DNA of 64,000 nucleotides from Patescibacteria group bacterium (GTDB lineage Bacteria > Patescibacteriota > Minisyncoccia > 2-02-FULL-40-12 > GWA2-44-9). Below the pieces are notes generated by a model. That model had not been told where the DNA came from, ran no database searches, and was given only the letters and a program-made list of their open reading frames with translations. This document shows positions 27,745 through 37,467 of the stretch, one piece after another (positions within the stretch are counted from its first letter, which is position 1; each line of letters starts with the position of its first letter). The stretch is from the NCBI GenBank assembly GCA_038064515.1, contig JBBTSY010000009.1, positions 2,155-66,154 on the forward strand, given 5' to 3'. The translations under genes were made by a program, and so were the position numbers.

Positions 27745-28592
27745 TGCTCTCTGTCATCATCCTAAGCTACCGTAACCCCGCCCTTTTGCGTCTCTGCTTG
27801 AAATCGCTTGTCGCGGCACTTCCGAAAGACTTCAACTATGAAATAGTCGTCGTTGATAATGCCACTCGGTCCGAGACCCGGAATGTGGTCTGTGACGAAT
27901 TCAAAGAAGCCTTTCGTTCTATTAAGTTCGTACCGATCAAGAAAAATTCCGGCTATACGCGAGGAATTAATGAAGGTATTAGTGCCGCTCAAGGCGAATA
28001 TTTCCTAGCGCTAAATCAGGATATCGTGGTGTTAAAAGGCGCTGTTGAAAAGCTTCTCTTGTATTTTAAAGATCATCTTGAAATAGGATTAATCGGTCCG
28101 GAGCTCCTTAATTTTAACGGCACACACCAAGACTCTTATTTTCGCTTCTACACACCCGTAACAATCTTTTATCGACGCATCGGATATCTGCCATTTGCTC
28201 GAAGAATACTAGACCCGTTTCTTTTAAGGGAAACAGATCCCTCAAAAGTCCAAAAGCCCGACTGGGTTTCGGGAGCGGCATTTATGACTTCTCGGGAGGC
28301 AATCAAAAAAGTCGGCCTGCTCGACGAAAAACTTTTCCATTATTTCAGTGACGTTGACTGGGCACGAAGATTTTGGGAGAATGGATATCAAGTTGTTTAT
28401 TATCCAGAAGCAAAGTTTTACCATTACCTGGGACGAAGTTCGAAGGGCAAACTGTTGATCTTCGATATATTTTTCAATCAAACAACCCGTTGGCATATCA
28501 AGGATTTCTGGAGATATTTCAGAAAATACGGATTCCTAACGCGGCATTCTGCGAGGAACATCTCACAGCCATCACATGCAACCACTTACTAG
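27741..28592 (+). CDS. glycosyltransferase family 2
   Basis: LSVIILSYRNPALL...VVVDNATRSET GT2 motif. Confidence 0.8.
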   Translation: MMLSVIILSYRNPALLRLCLKSLVAALPKDFNYEIVVVDNATRSETRNVVCDEFKEAFRSIKFVPIKKNSGYTRGINEGISAAQGEYFLALNQDIVVLKGAVEKLLLYFKDHLEIGLIGPELLNFNGTHQDSYFRFYTPVTIFYRRIGYLPFARRILDPFLLRETDPSKVQKPDWVSGAAFMTSREAIKKVGLLDEKLFHYFSDVDWARRFWENGYQVVYYPEAKFYHYLGRSSKGKLLIFDIFFNQTTRWHIKDFWRYFRKYGFLTRHSARNISQPSHATTY

Positions 28593-29811
28593 AAAAATTT
28601 TCATTCTTACTGTGCTTTTATCGCTCGGCGCAGGATTTATTTCCGGTTATTCTTATACGCGCTACCAAGAAGGGAACACGCTTAAAACAAGTCTTCGAGA
28701 ACTCATCAATAAGGAATCGGGTCAGCCGGACAATGTTGATTTTTCTCTATTTTGGGATGTTTGGGACACACTCCAGGCAAAATATGTTAATAATGACACC
28801 ATTGAAACTCAAAAGCTCATCTACGGGGCGATCTCGGGTATGGTTAACAGTGTCGGCGATCCATATACCGTTTTCTTCGAACCATCCACAAGTAAAAAAT
28901 TCCAAGAAGAAATTTCCGGCGCTTTTAGCGGCGTGGGCATGGAAATCGGCAAACGAAATAATTTGCTCACGGTTATTTCTCCGATTAAAGACAGTCCCGC
29001 GTTTCGCGCAGGCATCAAGGCGGGAGATCGCATTCTAGAAATTAACACTAGGGTCACAACTGACATGACGGTAGAAGAAGCCGTAAATCTCATTCGCGGC
29101 AACAAGGGTACAAAAGTGAAAATGATGTTGTCACCAAGCAATAGCAATGAGACCCGGGAAGTTGAAATTATCCGAGATACCATTAAGATTCCCGCAGTCC
29201 AATGGACCCTCCGCGATGGTAATGTTGCTCACATCGAAATTTTTGTCTTTAATTCCAACGTTGATGGCGAATTCAAAAAAGCAGTTCAGGAAATTATTAA
29301 ATCAAAAGCTAATCGCATCGTACTCGATCTTCGCAACAATCCCGGAGGTCTCCTTGATTCAGCGGTAAATCTTGCCGGATACTTTCTGGATAAGGGCAGT
29401 GTCGTGACAATCGAGAATTTCGGCGACGGAACCAAGAACGAATTCAAGGCTTCCGGCAATGCCGAGTTGAAAAATTACCCGACTGTCGTCTTGATTAACG
29501 GCGGTTCGGCCTCGGCATCGGAAATCCTCGCCGGAGCGCTCCACGACAACCGCAGTATCAAACTTATTGGCGAAACGAGCTTCGGAAAAGGTTCAGTGCA
29601 GGAACTGGCGAAATATGTTGACGGATCTTCATTAAAGGTTACCATAGCCAAGTGGTTAACTCCTTCCGGTATCTCAATTTCGGAAAAGGGCATTAACGCA
29701 GATATAGAAATTAAATTTGATCCTAAAGAAGTCGAATCAGGCGCCATCATCCAAGGGGAGCAGGGAAAAGACCCGCAACTTGATAAAGCGCTTAAAGTCG
29801 TCAAACAGTAA
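28576..29811 (+). CDS. ctpA: carboxyl-terminal processing (S41, tail-specific) protease with PDZ domain
   Basis: PDZ region. S41 catalytic region VVLINGGSASASEILAGAL...GETSFGKGSVQ. Confidence 0.85.
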   Translation: MQPLTRKIFILTVLLSLGAGFISGYSYTRYQEGNTLKTSLRELINKESGQPDNVDFSLFWDVWDTLQAKYVNNDTIETQKLIYGAISGMVNSVGDPYTVFFEPSTSKKFQEEISGAFSGVGMEIGKRNNLLTVISPIKDSPAFRAGIKAGDRILEINTRVTTDMTVEEAVNLIRGNKGTKVKMMLSPSNSNETREVEIIRDTIKIPAVQWTLRDGNVAHIEIFVFNSNVDGEFKKAVQEIIKSKANRIVLDLRNNPGGLLDSAVNLAGYFLDKGSVVTIENFGDGTKNEFKASGNAELKNYPTVVLINGGSASASEILAGALHDNRSIKLIGETSFGKGSVQELAKYVDGSSLKVTIAKWLTPSGISISEKGINADIEIKFDPKEVESGAIIQGEQGKDPQLDKALKVVKQ

Positions 29812-29815
29812 TATT

Positions 29816-30262
29816 ATGCGCGTAATCTTATTACAAAATATCAAAGGAGTCGGACAAATTGGCGATGTAAAGGACGTAAATGACGGATATGGCCGCAATT
29901 TTCTTCTTGCCCGCAATCTCGCCAAGCCGGCCACTACTACGGCTTTGAAGCAGGCGGAGGAGCTTCGCTCAAAGCGCGAAGTAATCATGAAGGAGCAAAA
30001 AAACAAGGCTCGCGAAGTCGCTGATAGGATTAAGGATGTAACGCTTGAACTCAAGGAAAAAACCAACGAGAAGGGCAAACTATTTGCCGCCGTCGGTAAG
30101 AAAGAAATTTCTCACAAATTTAAGGAAAAGACCGGAGTTCATCTGGAAGATGATATGATTCAGCTCGATGAGCATATTAAGACTGTCGGCGAGCATACCG
30201 TTCAGCTTGAGCTGGCTCCGGAAGTTATTGTGCCGCTCAAAATAATCATTACCGAGGCATAG
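29816..30262 (+). CDS. rplI: 50S ribosomal protein L9
   Basis: MRVILLQNIKGVGQIGDVKDVNDGYGRNFL. The ATG at 29816 is preferred over the upstream in-frame ORF start. Confidence 0.85.
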   Translation: MRVILLQNIKGVGQIGDVKDVNDGYGRNFLLARNLAKPATTTALKQAEELRSKREVIMKEQKNKAREVADRIKDVTLELKEKTNEKGKLFAAVGKKEISHKFKEKTGVHLEDDMIQLDEHIKTVGEHTVQLELAPEVIVPLKIIITEA

Positions 30263-30277
30263 ATGAGCTCTATAAAA

Positions 30278-30306
30278 CCCCTCCGCCATGGCGGAGGGGT
30301 TTTATA
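30278..30306. terminator. bidirectional intrinsic terminator (CCCCTCCGCC/GGCGGAGGGG) between the convergent rplI and rpmA
   Basis: 10-bp GC stem flanked by an A-run and a T-run. Confidence 0.65.
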
Positions 30307-30317
30307 GTCGATAAACG

Positions 30318-30593
30318 CTAGACGATGATATTTACTACTTTTACGACTCTTCGAGAACCGTCGTAATTCTTTTTTTTGGTCGTGGTGAATTTCACTTTAC
30401 CATCCATAACTGCATAGATAGTATAATCAGAACCCTGTCGGACGCCTTCGCCAGCTAGAAATTTACTTCCGCGCTGTCGGATGATAATATTGCCGGTTTT
30501 GGCAACTTGACCATCGTGGAGTTTCACGCCGAGATATTTTGGTTGTGAATCTCGTCCTAACTGTGTTGTACCTACGGCTTTTGTATGTGCCAT
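30318..30593 (-). CDS. rpmA: 50S ribosomal protein L27
   Basis: MAHTKAVGTTQLGRDSQPKYLGVK... Confidence 0.9.
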   Translation of the reverse strand: MAHTKAVGTTQLGRDSQPKYLGVKLHDGQVAKTGNIIIRQRGSKFLAGEGVRQGSDYTIYAVMDGKVKFTTTKKKNYDGSRRVVKVVNIIV

Positions 30594-30662
30594 TCTACGT
30601 GGAAATCCTACAGGGCTAGTGTTACAATAACTACCGTAGAATCCAAATTAAAATACTCGGAT

Positions 30663-31052
30663 ATGATAGCAAGAATTACTGCTTTCGTCAAATCTTTCTG
30701 GCACGACATGTTTGTTCTTGGGTGCATCGTCCTCATCGCGATAATCAGTTACAATTTAGGCCGCATTAATGCGCTTGAGAAGTCCCCGCTAAAAGTAGGG
30801 GAGGGGGCTAATATTTATAACGCCGCCACCGCTCCTATCCAAGACTCTTCCGGAAATATCACGGCAAGAACTCCAGTACCCCAAATTCCGCGTGATTCTA
30901 GGGTGGTGGTCTCCAAGAGCTCGACATCGAAAAAATACCATTATAGCTGGTGCTCGGGAGTCAAGACGATCTTACCCGCCAATCAGATCTGGTTTGAAAA
31001 TGAGGCCACTGCCCAGAAAGCAGGCTACACTCTTGCCGGCAACTGCCAATAA
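30663..31052 (+). CDS. membrane-anchored protein with a C-terminal YHxxxC...EATAQKAGYTLAGNC putative metal-binding domain
   Basis: TM (FVLGCIVLIAIISY). C-terminal pattern resembling small metal-binding domains. Start chosen at MIARITAF. Confidence 0.4.
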   Translation: MIARITAFVKSFWHDMFVLGCIVLIAIISYNLGRINALEKSPLKVGEGANIYNAATAPIQDSSGNITARTPVPQIPRDSRVVVSKSSTSKKYHYSWCSGVKTILPANQIWFENEATAQKAGYTLAGNCQ

Positions 31053-31079
31053 AAATAAGACGCTTCTATTCTGACGTAG

Positions 31080-31817
31080 TTATAAGAATCTTTTCAACCA
31101 GAAATCGTGTTCCCATTCCCAGAGAGATTTAGCCGCAAAAAAAGCTTTGATATTTGAATCATATCCAGCAAGCTCTTTAAATTCATATTCTCCTTTAATT
31201 GGCGCCCAGTTATGCTCGCAAGGGTAGCGATCATTTTTGATTTTTACGTTGCCACCCTTTTGACGCATCGTAGCTTTGCAACGAATGCATTTTTGATTCT
31301 GATCCAGACGCAGAACCCAAGAGGTGAGGGGAGGCATATTCGAATCTTCGCTTAATGCTTGCATGTACGCCGCAGTCTGTATGCCGTAATCGCGATATAT
31401 TGCTTGGGATGTCTTGATATCTAATACGCCAACCACGCCGTTTACCTCGGCAAGAATATCAATCGTGCCCGCATAACGATGTTTTCGGCTGATAATCCGT
31501 TCTTCGATTTTCAGCGGTATAACAAGATTACTCCCGTAGAAATCTAAAAACGCATCAATGCTCGGCTGGATTGCCAATGGAATATCAATTGGTTCCTTCT
31601 TTAGTATCGCCTCTACGGCATTATGAACGGCCGAACCTTCTTCGGCGGAGCGGTTCAGGATGGCTTCGCCAGCCTTAAAATTAGGCATACCGGCATAATA
31701 TGCATAGAGCGCAGGCTTTGATTTTATAGAGAGGATCGAAGTGACGCGGGGAAACCATTCTCCTTCGATATCATAACCGTTTTCATTTCGAAATTCTTTA
31801 GCAGTGCGATAGAACAT
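31080..31817 (-). CDS. PD-(D/E)xK RecB-family nuclease with a C-terminal zinc ribbon
   Basis: Motifs WFPRVTSIL, GTIDILAE, LDIKTS, QTAAYMQAL (QxxxY), plus CxxC...C..H. Confidence 0.6.
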   Translation of the reverse strand: MFYRTAKEFRNENGYDIEGEWFPRVTSILSIKSKPALYAYYAGMPNFKAGEAILNRSAEEGSAVHNAVEAILKKEPIDIPLAIQPSIDAFLDFYGSNLVIPLKIEERIISRKHRYAGTIDILAEVNGVVGVLDIKTSQAIYRDYGIQTAAYMQALSEDSNMPPLTSWVLRLDQNQKCIRCKATMRQKGGNVKIKNDRYPCEHNWAPIKGEYEFKELAGYDSNIKAFFAAKSLWEWEHDFWLKRFL

Positions 31818-31826
31818 TAAAGGCGG

Positions 31827-32498
31827 TTATTTAATATTAATGTATTTATTCCAGGCTTCGTAGAGTTTTTTGGTGGCGACCAGATCGCCAAAACAATATG
31901 TGGCAATCTTGAGATATTCCTTGTCATTAAAGAGCTGGGCCACTTCGTTGCCACTGATACCGTCAGATTTAGGGCTTTTAATGCCGAAGGCTTGGCACCA
32001 CATATGAAGGCTCATAGTTCGCCGCACAGCGCCGAAAAAGCCCAACCGATCATAGAGGTCAATATGTTCGTCGCCATATCGATAAGGCATGAGATTTTTA
32101 GTTGGCTTCACTTTCAGAATAGCTGAACGAACCATAATATACGGACAATCAAACGAGCGGCCGTTGAAGGTAACGAACTGATCGTAGTGCTGGATGATTT
32201 CCCAAAATTTTTCCAAAATTTCCTTCTCGGTAACCGGAAAATACTGGACTCCTTCCTCTTCAGATTGTTCTAGGTTTGCTTCGGGCGCTTGAAAATAAAC
32301 CGCACCCTTATCAGTGTCAGGATTTAAAATGCCAATCGCCACAATTTGGCCCGTAAGAGGGGAGAAGCTTAAATTGTTTTTTACTTCTTCGGCTTCCTCC
32401 GGACTGCGCGCGTTCTTTACGAGATACTCCTGCGAGATTTCATCAAGAGCATTAAAATCAACGCCCACGGTTTCAATATCAAAAATGAGTCGAGGCAT
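31827..32498 (-). CDS. 3'-5' exonuclease related to the PolB exonuclease domain (COG3298 / RNase H-like)
   Basis: Exo I FDIETVG, Exo III YCFGDLVAT. Confidence 0.65.
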   Translation of the reverse strand: MPRLIFDIETVGVDFNALDEISQEYLVKNARSPEEAEEVKNNLSFSPLTGQIVAIGILNPDTDKGAVYFQAPEANLEQSEEEGVQYFPVTEKEILEKFWEIIQHYDQFVTFNGRSFDCPYIMVRSAILKVKPTKNLMPYRYGDEHIDLYDRLGFFGAVRRTMSLHMWCQAFGIKSPKSDGISGNEVAQLFNDKEYLKIATYCFGDLVATKKLYEAWNKYINIK

Positions 32499-32883
32499 GG
32501 GGATATTCTACATTTATAGAGACTGAATCACAAGTATCACCGATAGGGAGGTGTGCTTGGACTGATGACCAACTTAAGAGATAGAAAATAGAACCGCCGC
32601 CGCGCCTATCCGGTCTAAACCACAGGGAAGCGGACTTATTTTAAAAGAGTACTAGTCGCACAATGTAGATTATGCGACTATGTTACTTGCAAAAAGCTTT
32701 TAAAATTAGATTTTCAGACTTTCTATAAATAGCTGAAATAACTCTCTTCCCTCTTCATCACCATGACTGTAATTTTAGCTGTTACTAAATACTCACTTTA
32801 TTTAATGGGCCGTAATCACCTACGGGGTCACTTCTCCGAACCCCGCTCCCCTACAATTTTAAAAAAAATGATGTCGCAAAAAA

Positions 32884-34128
32884 TTAATCATTTTTTATGA
32901 AAATTTGAACCTCTTCTCGAAAGAGTCTCCATGCCTTTCTGAACGATAGGATAGAAATGAAGTATCGGAAATCGACAATTTCTCGAATAACCCACCCTAG
33001 AAGCCCCTTTACGCTAATTCCGGCCCATAGATGAGCTACAGCATACTTACCGCCTACTGGAGCGATCCAGAAGGCATAGAATGGTACATGCTCGCGCAAC
33101 TTTCTATTTTGCAGTGTTCGAAAAATATTGTTTGCCACGACTTGGCCATGCCGAACGGCTACATAAGCAAGCGCGGGCTCCGGTCGTTGAGTTTTATGAT
33201 CAATAAATTCAATACTGTCTCCGACGGCAAAAATATGATCATAGCGAGGCGTGTTAAGATGCTCGTCAACGATAATCTTGCCGTCAGCAGTCAGGTCGAG
33301 TCCCTGTATTGTTTTAATGAAATCAGTTGCCCGTATGCCGGCAGTCCACACTATAATATGACCCGTTAATGAGCGGCCGTCCTTTAATTTTACTAAATCC
33401 GATTTAATCTCTTCTATCGTCGCATTTATTTTAATTGCTACGCCAAGTTCCGTTAAGCGACGAGTAATGATAGCGCGTTCCCGATCACTGATTTGAGGTA
33501 AAATCTTTGGTCCTGCCTCTGCGAGTGTAATAATGCTGTGTCCCGAACCAATTTGATATTTCTTCTCGAGGTGCTTTACGGCACAGGCAAGTTCAGCGGC
33601 AAGTTCAACGCCGGCAAAGCCGCCGCCGCCAACAACAAACTTTAAGGGAAGATCATGATCACCGCGACTGGCTTTTTCAAAGAGCATCATTAACTGATGG
33701 TTTAGCATGAGCGCATCTTCGATTGTTTTAAATTGAAAAGCGTATTCCTTTACGCCGGGAATATTAAAATCGGCCGTCTGACTGCCTAAAGCAAGTATGA
33801 GATAATCAAATGAAAACGAGATGTCGCTCTTTGTCGTAAGTATCCTTTGCTCAAGCGAGATATGTACAACTTCCGCTTGTACAAACTGAATCCTCTTTCC
33901 TTCAAAAATATCTCCGTAAGGAATAGAGACTGTTTTGCGGAGATTCACCGAAAAACGATCCTTTGCAAGACCAAATGCCGAGGCGATTTCATAAAGAGCG
34001 GGTGCGAAAAAATGATAGCCATTACGATCGATAAGGGTAATCTCTGCCCTATCCCCTAGTTTTTTTTCCAAATCAAGAGCGGCTCGTACGCCGCCAAATC
34101 CCCCTCCGACGATGATGATCTTACTCAC
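32884..34128 (-). CDS. ndh: type II NADH:quinone oxidoreductase (NDH-2)
   Basis: Two Rossmann GxGxxG motifs (IIIVGGGFGG, FVVGGGGFAGVE). Pyridine-nucleotide-disulfide oxidoreductase family. Confidence 0.8.
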   Translation of the reverse strand: MSKIIIVGGGFGGVRAALDLEKKLGDRAEITLIDRNGYHFFAPALYEIASAFGLAKDRFSVNLRKTVSIPYGDIFEGKRIQFVQAEVVHISLEQRILTTKSDISFSFDYLILALGSQTADFNIPGVKEYAFQFKTIEDALMLNHQLMMLFEKASRGDHDLPLKFVVGGGGFAGVELAAELACAVKHLEKKYQIGSGHSIITLAEAGPKILPQISDRERAIITRRLTELGVAIKINATIEEIKSDLVKLKDGRSLTGHIIVWTAGIRATDFIKTIQGLDLTADGKIIVDEHLNTPRYDHIFAVGDSIEFIDHKTQRPEPALAYVAVRHGQVVANNIFRTLQNRKLREHVPFYAFWIAPVGGKYAVAHLWAGISVKGLLGWVIREIVDFRYFISILSFRKAWRLFREEVQIFIKND

Positions 34129-34150
34129 AGATAGTTTTTTAGAATCTATT

Positions 34151-35380
34151 TTAGAGATAGTCCGAAGGATTTAGCGAACCATCGAAATAATTAAAATAGA
34201 GCTGTCCCGCTTTAGTATAAGTAAAGAAGTCTTGATAGAGGCTAAGGTGAACATGTGAACCCGTAGAATTGCCTGTAGAGCCTTCATATCCAACGGCTTG
34301 TCCCTGGGTCACTTTTGTACCGACGCGAAGAGGCGCAAACGCGCTCATGTGGCCATAGACACTTACTAGTCCAAAACTGTCATGTTGAACGGCTACCCAG
34401 TTCCCGAACCCTGAATTGAAACCGTTAGCAATAATCTCTCCGGAGCCGATAACCTTAATCGGGGTTCCATAACCTCCGGCGATATCAATCCCATTATGCG
34501 GAGATCCCCCGTATGCTCCTCGTTTTGCATAGGTCGTCATACCGTAGCCCTGCGTCAAACGATAGGAGTCCTCCGGATATGTAAAGAGCTTTGTTCCTCG
34601 AGGAGGAACTCCCGTAGCTTTTACACGTATGATAAATAATCCGCCCGCAACAGCATCAGATTCCAGCTGTTGCATCTCGAGAAAAAGTTGACTGCGCTTT
34701 TTTTCTGCGGCAGTAAGCATTTTCTGATATTCTGCTTCTTGGCCCTTAGTCTGAGCTAGGATGGTGTCCTTTTGAGATTTTACCCCGGTTAAAGAGGAGC
34801 GCTTTGCGCTCTGTTCCTGATTCAGAGAAATAAGCTCCCCTTTCTTATCTTCTAGTCCAACTTTAGAAATCTCCAGCTGCTGCTTTTGATTGCGAAGATC
34901 GCCAATTAATTCCAGAAGTTTATCATTCACGTTTGCCAGTTGTTGAGCCTCGCTCAAAAACGTCGAAAGATTTTCATTCTTCATGAGTGTAGCCATTAAG
35001 TTCTCGTTATCGCGCTGATTCAAAAAAATAAGCAGTTCACCGACTGTCTCCCGCCGACGATCAATAGTCTGTTGAGTTTCAAAAATATTTCCCTCCATGT
35101 CGGTAATTTCTACTTTTGTTTTACTGATTTTTGTAGACGTCAAAATAATCTGCTGTTCCAGGCCCTGGATCTCTTTCTTGATAATCGCGATGTCTCGCTG
35201 AAGCGTTTGGGCTTTTGCGCGTTCTTCAGCGATACTTCCTTTGAATTGCTTAGCTTGCTCTTCAAGCACTTCAATTTGTTTAAGTAATTCAGCAATGCGT
35301 GCTTCGTTGGCGGCAAATGCTGGCACGACAAAATTAAAGGTAGCAATACTGATGAGCATGGTGCTAATAAATCGTTTCAT
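34151..35380 (-). CDS. M23/LytM-family peptidoglycan endopeptidase with signal peptide and coiled-coil
   Basis: C-terminal HNGIDIAGGYGTPI...GSTGNSTGSHVHLS M23 motifs. Start MKRFISTMLISIA at 35380, directly abutting repeat copy 3. Confidence 0.8.
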   Translation of the reverse strand: MKRFISTMLISIATFNFVVPAFAANEARIAELLKQIEVLEEQAKQFKGSIAEERAKAQTLQRDIAIIKKEIQGLEQQIILTSTKISKTKVEITDMEGNIFETQQTIDRRRETVGELLIFLNQRDNENLMATLMKNENLSTFLSEAQQLANVNDKLLELIGDLRNQKQQLEISKVGLEDKKGELISLNQEQSAKRSSLTGVKSQKDTILAQTKGQEAEYQKMLTAAEKKRSQLFLEMQQLESDAVAGGLFIIRVKATGVPPRGTKLFTYPEDSYRLTQGYGMTTYAKRGAYGGSPHNGIDIAGGYGTPIKVIGSGEIIANGFNSGFGNWVAVQHDSFGLVSVYGHMSAFAPLRVGTKVTQGQAVGYEGSTGNSTGSHVHLSLYQDFFTYTKAGQLYFNYFDGSLNPSDYL

Positions 35381-35524
35381 CCTCACACTCACTGACGAGA
35401 TATGGCTCGCTCCGCACAGCGTAGTGCTAGGGAGAAGCTTTTTCATATTCGACAGATAATTACTGCCATACTCAATATCATCGCCATTTCTAGGAACAAC
35501 TCGTCTGTGAGTGTGAGGATTCAT
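35376..35524 (-). repeat. TIR-140 intergenic element, copy 3, reverse orientation, abutting the M23 peptidase start and overlapping the gltX stop
   Basis: Read on the minus strand: ATGAA-[TCCTCACACTCACAGACGAG ... CTCGTCAGTGAGTGTGAGG]-ATGAA. Confidence 0.7.
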
Positions 35525-36876
35525 GAAAGTTTATTGATTGCTGACCGTACGCGCGAAAGCACTTCTTCTTTATCTAACGCTGATATAATATCGACTGGAT
35601 CGGGCGACATTTTCTCTCCCGTCAGCGCAACACGAAGCGGCCAATACACCAGTCCCCTATTTCCTGCCTGGCCGGCTGAAAGTTTGTCCAATTCTTTACG
35701 CAATTCATCTTTGTTGTTTAATTCCAATTTTTCCAAAAGCGCGTGCGATGCTTCTAAAGATTTTTTAACGTCCTCGCGGGAAGAACTTTTCCATATCAAT
35801 AATTCTGCCTCGTACGAAGGCGCTTCCCAGAAATAGTGAAATGCATCCATATCGGTCAGTTTCTCAAGCCGTTCGGTCATGAGCGGGATTGCGGCTTTCA
35901 AAACGTTGTGTCCGATGAGCTTTTCGAAATCCGAGGGCGCAAGCTGGCGCACATACTGCGCATTAATCCAGTTCAGCTTCTGTATATTAAATATCGCTCC
36001 GCTCTTATGCACTTTTGCTAATTCAAATTCTTTTGCCATCTCTTCTTTGCTTAAAATATCCTTGCTGTACGTGTGGCCTAAAAAACCCATGAAGTTCACC
36101 AGTGCTTCGGGCAGATAATCTTTAGCGTAGTCCATAATATCAAGCGCGCCGTGGCGCTTTGAGAGTTTTGATTTGTCCGAACCTAAAATTAATGGCAGAT
36201 GTGCAAAGATGGGAGGCGTTTTTCCGAGTGCTTGATAAATAAGCATCTGCTTTGGCGTATTAGAAATATGATCTTCGCCCCGAATGACATGCGTTATCGC
36301 CATATCGATATCATCAATGACAACGGCAAAATTATATAGTGGAGTTTGTAAATCCTTAGCGAGACTCACATCGCTTATTACGCGCTGATTAAATTCAATC
36401 GTTCCTCGAATCGCATCATCAAAAGAAAGCTTCTTCTCCTCGGTCTGATCAACGACCAGCCGGATAATCTCGCCTGTTTCTTTCCCCTTCTCGCTGTTCT
36501 TGTGGTCGCACAGGTGGCGAGGCGCTTCTTTGCGCTCCATTTGGCCTTTCTTCTCCGCATCAAGCTCCTTGACCGTATGGTGGCACCAAAACGCCTTCCC
36601 GGATGCGAGAAGCTCTTTCAAATACTGCGTATACACAGTAAGACGCTGTGATTGACGAACAATTTCACCATCCCACTGAATGCCCAGCCATCGCAGGCTA
36701 TTAATAATGCTCTCTTCGTATTTTTTGTCAGAGCGTTCCAGGTCAGTGTCTTCAATCCGCAGGATGAGCTGACCGCCGTGCTTCTTGGCAAAAAGCCAAT
36801 TAAAAAGCGCCGTTCGTGCGTTACCAAAGTGTAAATTACCCGTAGGCGACGGTGCTATGCGAACTTTTACTGGCAT
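35521..36876 (-). CDS. gltX: glutamyl-tRNA synthetase
   Basis: HIGH (PSPTGNLHFGNARTAL) and KMSKS (KLSKRHG) motifs. Confidence 0.9.
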   Translation of the reverse strand: MPVKVRIAPSPTGNLHFGNARTALFNWLFAKKHGGQLILRIEDTDLERSDKKYEESIINSLRWLGIQWDGEIVRQSQRLTVYTQYLKELLASGKAFWCHHTVKELDAEKKGQMERKEAPRHLCDHKNSEKGKETGEIIRLVVDQTEEKKLSFDDAIRGTIEFNQRVISDVSLAKDLQTPLYNFAVVIDDIDMAITHVIRGEDHISNTPKQMLIYQALGKTPPIFAHLPLILGSDKSKLSKRHGALDIMDYAKDYLPEALVNFMGFLGHTYSKDILSKEEMAKEFELAKVHKSGAIFNIQKLNWINAQYVRQLAPSDFEKLIGHNVLKAAIPLMTERLEKLTDMDAFHYFWEAPSYEAELLIWKSSSREDVKKSLEASHALLEKLELNNKDELRKELDKLSAGQAGNRGLVYWPLRVALTGEKMSPDPVDIISALDKEEVLSRVRSAINKLS

Positions 36877-36925
36877 AATATGATTTTACCTTTTTTCCTG
36901 TCATTTTTCCAGCACTTCTGTGGAT

Positions 36926-36954
36926 ATTGACATTCCTAGTAGTATATGCTACTA
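36926..36954 (+). promoter_or_regulatory. promoter TTGACA-N17-TACTAT for islet E, followed by a hairpin leader (GTCGCagCTCTTgttgagAAGAGggCGAC)
   Basis: Hexamers at 36926-36931 and 36949-36954. Confidence 0.4.
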
Positions 36955-37012
36955 TTAATCCGATAGTCGCAGCTCTTGTTGAGAAGAGGGCGACAGAAAT
37001 GAGGGTGAAGAG

Positions 37013-37351
37013 ATGAGTGAGATGACGAAGTTGCAGCAGGCGGCGAAGGCGGCGTTCATTAAGGAGATCGGTAAGCGGATCAAGTGGCTCGCGGAGGACT
37101 GCTGGCCGGAAAACCTTGAGTACAGTATCTCAAGGCTCAACCAGATCGTGGAAGCAGCGCGATCCTTCGAGGTCACCGCGCTTGAGTCGCTGACCGACGC
37201 CGAAACGACAGAGTTGATGGGGATCATCAGGCCCATGCGAGCACTGGAGATGAAGGTGGAGACCCGCGAGACCATCATCTCCCTGCTCGAGCGGAAGGGG
37301 CTGGAGAAGGAGGTCTTCCACCCGGTCATCGTCGACGAAACCCCCGCCTAG
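37013..37351 (+). CDS. hypothetical protein; high-GC islet E
   Basis: 112-aa ORF, about 60% GC, GAGGGTGAAGAG SD, terminator at ~37377-37428. Confidence 0.5.
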   Translation: MSEMTKLQQAAKAAFIKEIGKRIKWLAEDCWPENLEYSISRLNQIVEAARSFEVTALESLTDAETTELMGIIRPMRALEMKVETRETIISLLERKGLEKEVFHPVIVDETPA

Positions 37352-37376
37352 AGCCGACCAACATCGGCGCCCGCTG

Positions 37377-37428
37377 ACCCCGCAGAGAACACCTGGTTTT
37401 ACACCATGTCCTCTGCGGGGTTTTCAAA
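37377..37428 (+). terminator. intrinsic terminator CCCCGCAGAG...CTCTGCGGGG followed by TTTTC
   Basis: 10-bp stem with a long loop and a T-run. Confidence 0.5.
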
Positions 37429-37467
37429 TACCTATAATTCTGTAAGACTAGGAATTATCAATAACTA

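Noticed and set aside
28373-29038. 221-aa plus ORF and other internal ORFs overlapping the GT2 and ctpA genes
   Set aside because: Out-of-frame overlaps with genes that have clear family signatures.
32499-32883. Checked the long spacer for tmRNA, RNase P RNA and SRP RNA hallmarks
   Set aside because: None of the conserved blocks (tmRNA tag ORF with tRNA-like end; RNase P P4 AGGAAAGUCCGG; SRP domain IV GGAA tetraloop context) could be found by eye. The region is left as an uncharacterised spacer.
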